From positions 43,898,001 through 43,962,000 of the forward strand of contig NW_024704743.1 in assembly GCF_018977255.1 (NCBI RefSeq): DNA of 64,000 nucleotides, in the 5' to 3' direction. The notes under the pieces were generated by a model. The model did not search any database. It saw nothing but the letters and a program-made list of their open reading frames with translations, and was not told the origin of the DNA. The DNA comes from Callorhinchus milii. Taxonomy: Eukaryota. Every line of letters starts with the position of its first letter. The stretch's first letter is position 1. A program made the position numbers and the translations under genes. Positions 61,801 through 64,000 of the stretch are shown one piece after another.

Positions 61801-62093
61801 ATGAAGTAAACATTTTATTTCCTCACAAAAATATCATATTACTTGCAGGATGAGTTTCTACAGATTGGCACATGGCCATTTCATTTAAAAGGCGCCCCTT
61901 ATTCCGAAGTCAATGCTTCTTTAAACCTCTTACGGAAATTAGCTGCTAGCATATAACATTTACCTTATATATTTTGATAGATTCCTCTTATGTTGACTTT
62001 TGTTAGCTAACAATGCATCCACATACTGTTCCACTTGTCATGAACTGTGACCATATCTGACTATTGTGGGTGGAATTACAGCACTGAACTGTA

Positions 62094-62321
62094 ATAATAA
62101 TAAACCTTGCATTTGATAAAATGCTTTTCACTTCTTCTAGACATCTCAAAGCACTTCACAGAATATACTGTAAAGTGAATTGACTATATTTGTGGGCGAA
62201 ATGCGGCAGCCAATTGCACACAGCAGTGTACCACAAACAGTCGTGATTTTAAAGTGACCAAATCGAACTCACGTCTCTCACTTGCAAAGCGAGTGCTCTA
62301 ACCACTGAGCTACAGGACTCC
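62094..62321 (-). mobile_element. Young SINE with central deletion
   Basis: Head and tail present, CORE-like segment missing; TSD actgta (62088-62093, 62322-62327). Confidence 0.9.
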
Positions 62322-62899
62322 ACTGTAGCACCTACTTAAAATTTATTACCCACTATAATTTCTTTAACCCTTTATCCGACATCATACCTAAAAGCTTTTT
62401 ATCTTAGTGGAAGGTTGTGAGCTTAGCATTTTATTTGGTTGAAAGATCTTCTTCCTCTGTTCATTTTTAATGCATGGAGATCGTTGTGTTACATTACTCT
62501 TGTCAATCCAAATTTCTATCTCTTTTAGATCTTGGATTTCCAGTAGCATTTCTCTTCCGTCTCATGTGGCTTTATATATTTAGATGACTTCCAACAGAAA
62601 TTGTTCATTTCCTCTGCCTTCATTCTGCACCACTGTCAAATCAAATTTGATTCAATTGCTGTCTAAAAATAAAGTTCTGTTTTATCTTAGTGGAGATTGA
62701 AAGAAAAGCTGTAGACCCTGAATCTTTGAAATAAAAACAGAAGATTTCTGCAAATGTACAGTGGGTCAATTAGCTCCTGTAAGTGAAATATGATTCACCA
62801 TCAGTGCTGAAAATGATAACCTGTATTTTTCTCTCTCAAACGCTTATTGTTATAATTTCCAGAATTTTCTGGGCTTGTTATCCCCTAGTCATTCTCCTA

Positions 62900-63955
62900 A
62901 CACAAACCTCAGTGCCTTTCATATCTGGAACAAAAAATCTCCCCGCAATCCCTCTCCGCTGTCCTGGAGTCATCTGAACTGGCCTACCTCCTGCACTGAT
63001 TTATCCTCCTTGTTCACTCTTCCACAATTCCCTCTCTACCACTCACCTCAACTCCCAAACCGCCTCCTACTCACAAAGCTCACCCTGGTACAGCAGCCAC
63101 CTCTGCTCCCCCAAGGGTCAGGTGTGGGCCCCCGAACACACCTGACTCAAATCTGACCTAACAGTTCATGGGCAGATCTGGCTGGATCACATCAAAACAT
63201 ACCACTCTGCCCTCGCCTTCGCCAAATAATCCTTCTACTCCAAGATAATCTTGGAGACAAAAGATAACCCCAGACTCCTATTCTCCAACACCAACCGGCT
63301 CCTCCGTCCACCCTCCCACCCCTCGTCCATTCTCTCCTCAAACTCTGACTGTGAGGAGATGCTGGATTTCCTCGAGTCCCAAATCAAGGGGATCCGTTCA
63401 GCTGCCTCCACCCTCCCAACCACCACTCCCTCCCCATCTCCCTCCCACACTCCAACTCCTACCCATCCCTTCCTCCGCATTTTCAAATCTGTTTCCCCCT
63501 CCTCTCTCATCACCACCATATACAGCATGAAACACATCATCTCCTCCCTTGACCCCATCCCCATCCCACTCCTTACCTCCCAGCTTCACCCCCTCGCTCC
63601 TCTACTCTCCAACACCATCAATCTCTCCCTTTCATCTGGCACCATTTCTATCCCACTAAAAACAGCTACAAGCGCTCCCATCCTGAAAAAACCTTCCCTG
63701 GACCCATCCCTGCTTTCTAACTACCTACCCATCTCCAACCTCCTTTTTCTTTTGAATGTCCTTGAAAGAGTCGTTACTTCCCAGCTTCATTCATTCCTCT
63801 CCTACCACTCCCTTTATGAGCCCGTCCAATCGGGTTTCCATGCTGATACATTCAGAGCACAGAAATTGCTCCGGTCAAGGTGACATATAACATTTTGTCC
63901 ATCTGTGACCAGGGTTCTCTCTGCATCCTTGTCCTCCGCGACCTCTCTGCCAGCA
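62900..63955 (+). mobile_element. L2 ORF2 internal fragment (tether and RT N-terminus)
   Basis: NPRLLFSNTNRLL..LDPIP..INLSLSSG..PILKKPSLDP..NY.PISNL..LERVV..QSGF. Confidence 0.92.
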
Positions 63956-64000
63956 TGCTTCCATTGCCTCACCCAAAGAGCTGTTCTTCACATCTTTGCC

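Overview
Repeat-dense, AT-rich vertebrate DNA with no confidently identifiable host gene, most likely a large intron or gene desert. The repeat set (tRNA-head DeuSINE-type elements, a young tRNA-Ala-head SINE with an L2-type tail, many L2 and CR1 LINE fragments, Penelope-like terminal repeats) suggests a cartilaginous fish, possibly a holocephalan; this is inference only. Most ORFs in the track are repeat-derived; the only recognisable protein sequence is L2 ORF2 (endonuclease and reverse transcriptase fragments). Main observations: (1) an L2 copy split by an 866-bp insert of about 650 bp unique DNA plus a SINE 3' end, flanked by a TTGAT duplication, a candidate SINE/L2-mediated 5' transduction; (2) a 204-bp palindrome of two head-to-head minimal hammerhead-ribozyme motifs of Penelope type; (3) a roughly 750-bp non-coding, A-tailed retroelement family I cannot name, with about 10 copies; (4) a covarying stem-loop shared by SINE and L2 3' tails; (5) nested insertions, a templated insertion, a G-rich minisatellite and CNE-like blocks. 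Boundaries of old repeats are approximate and were read by eye.
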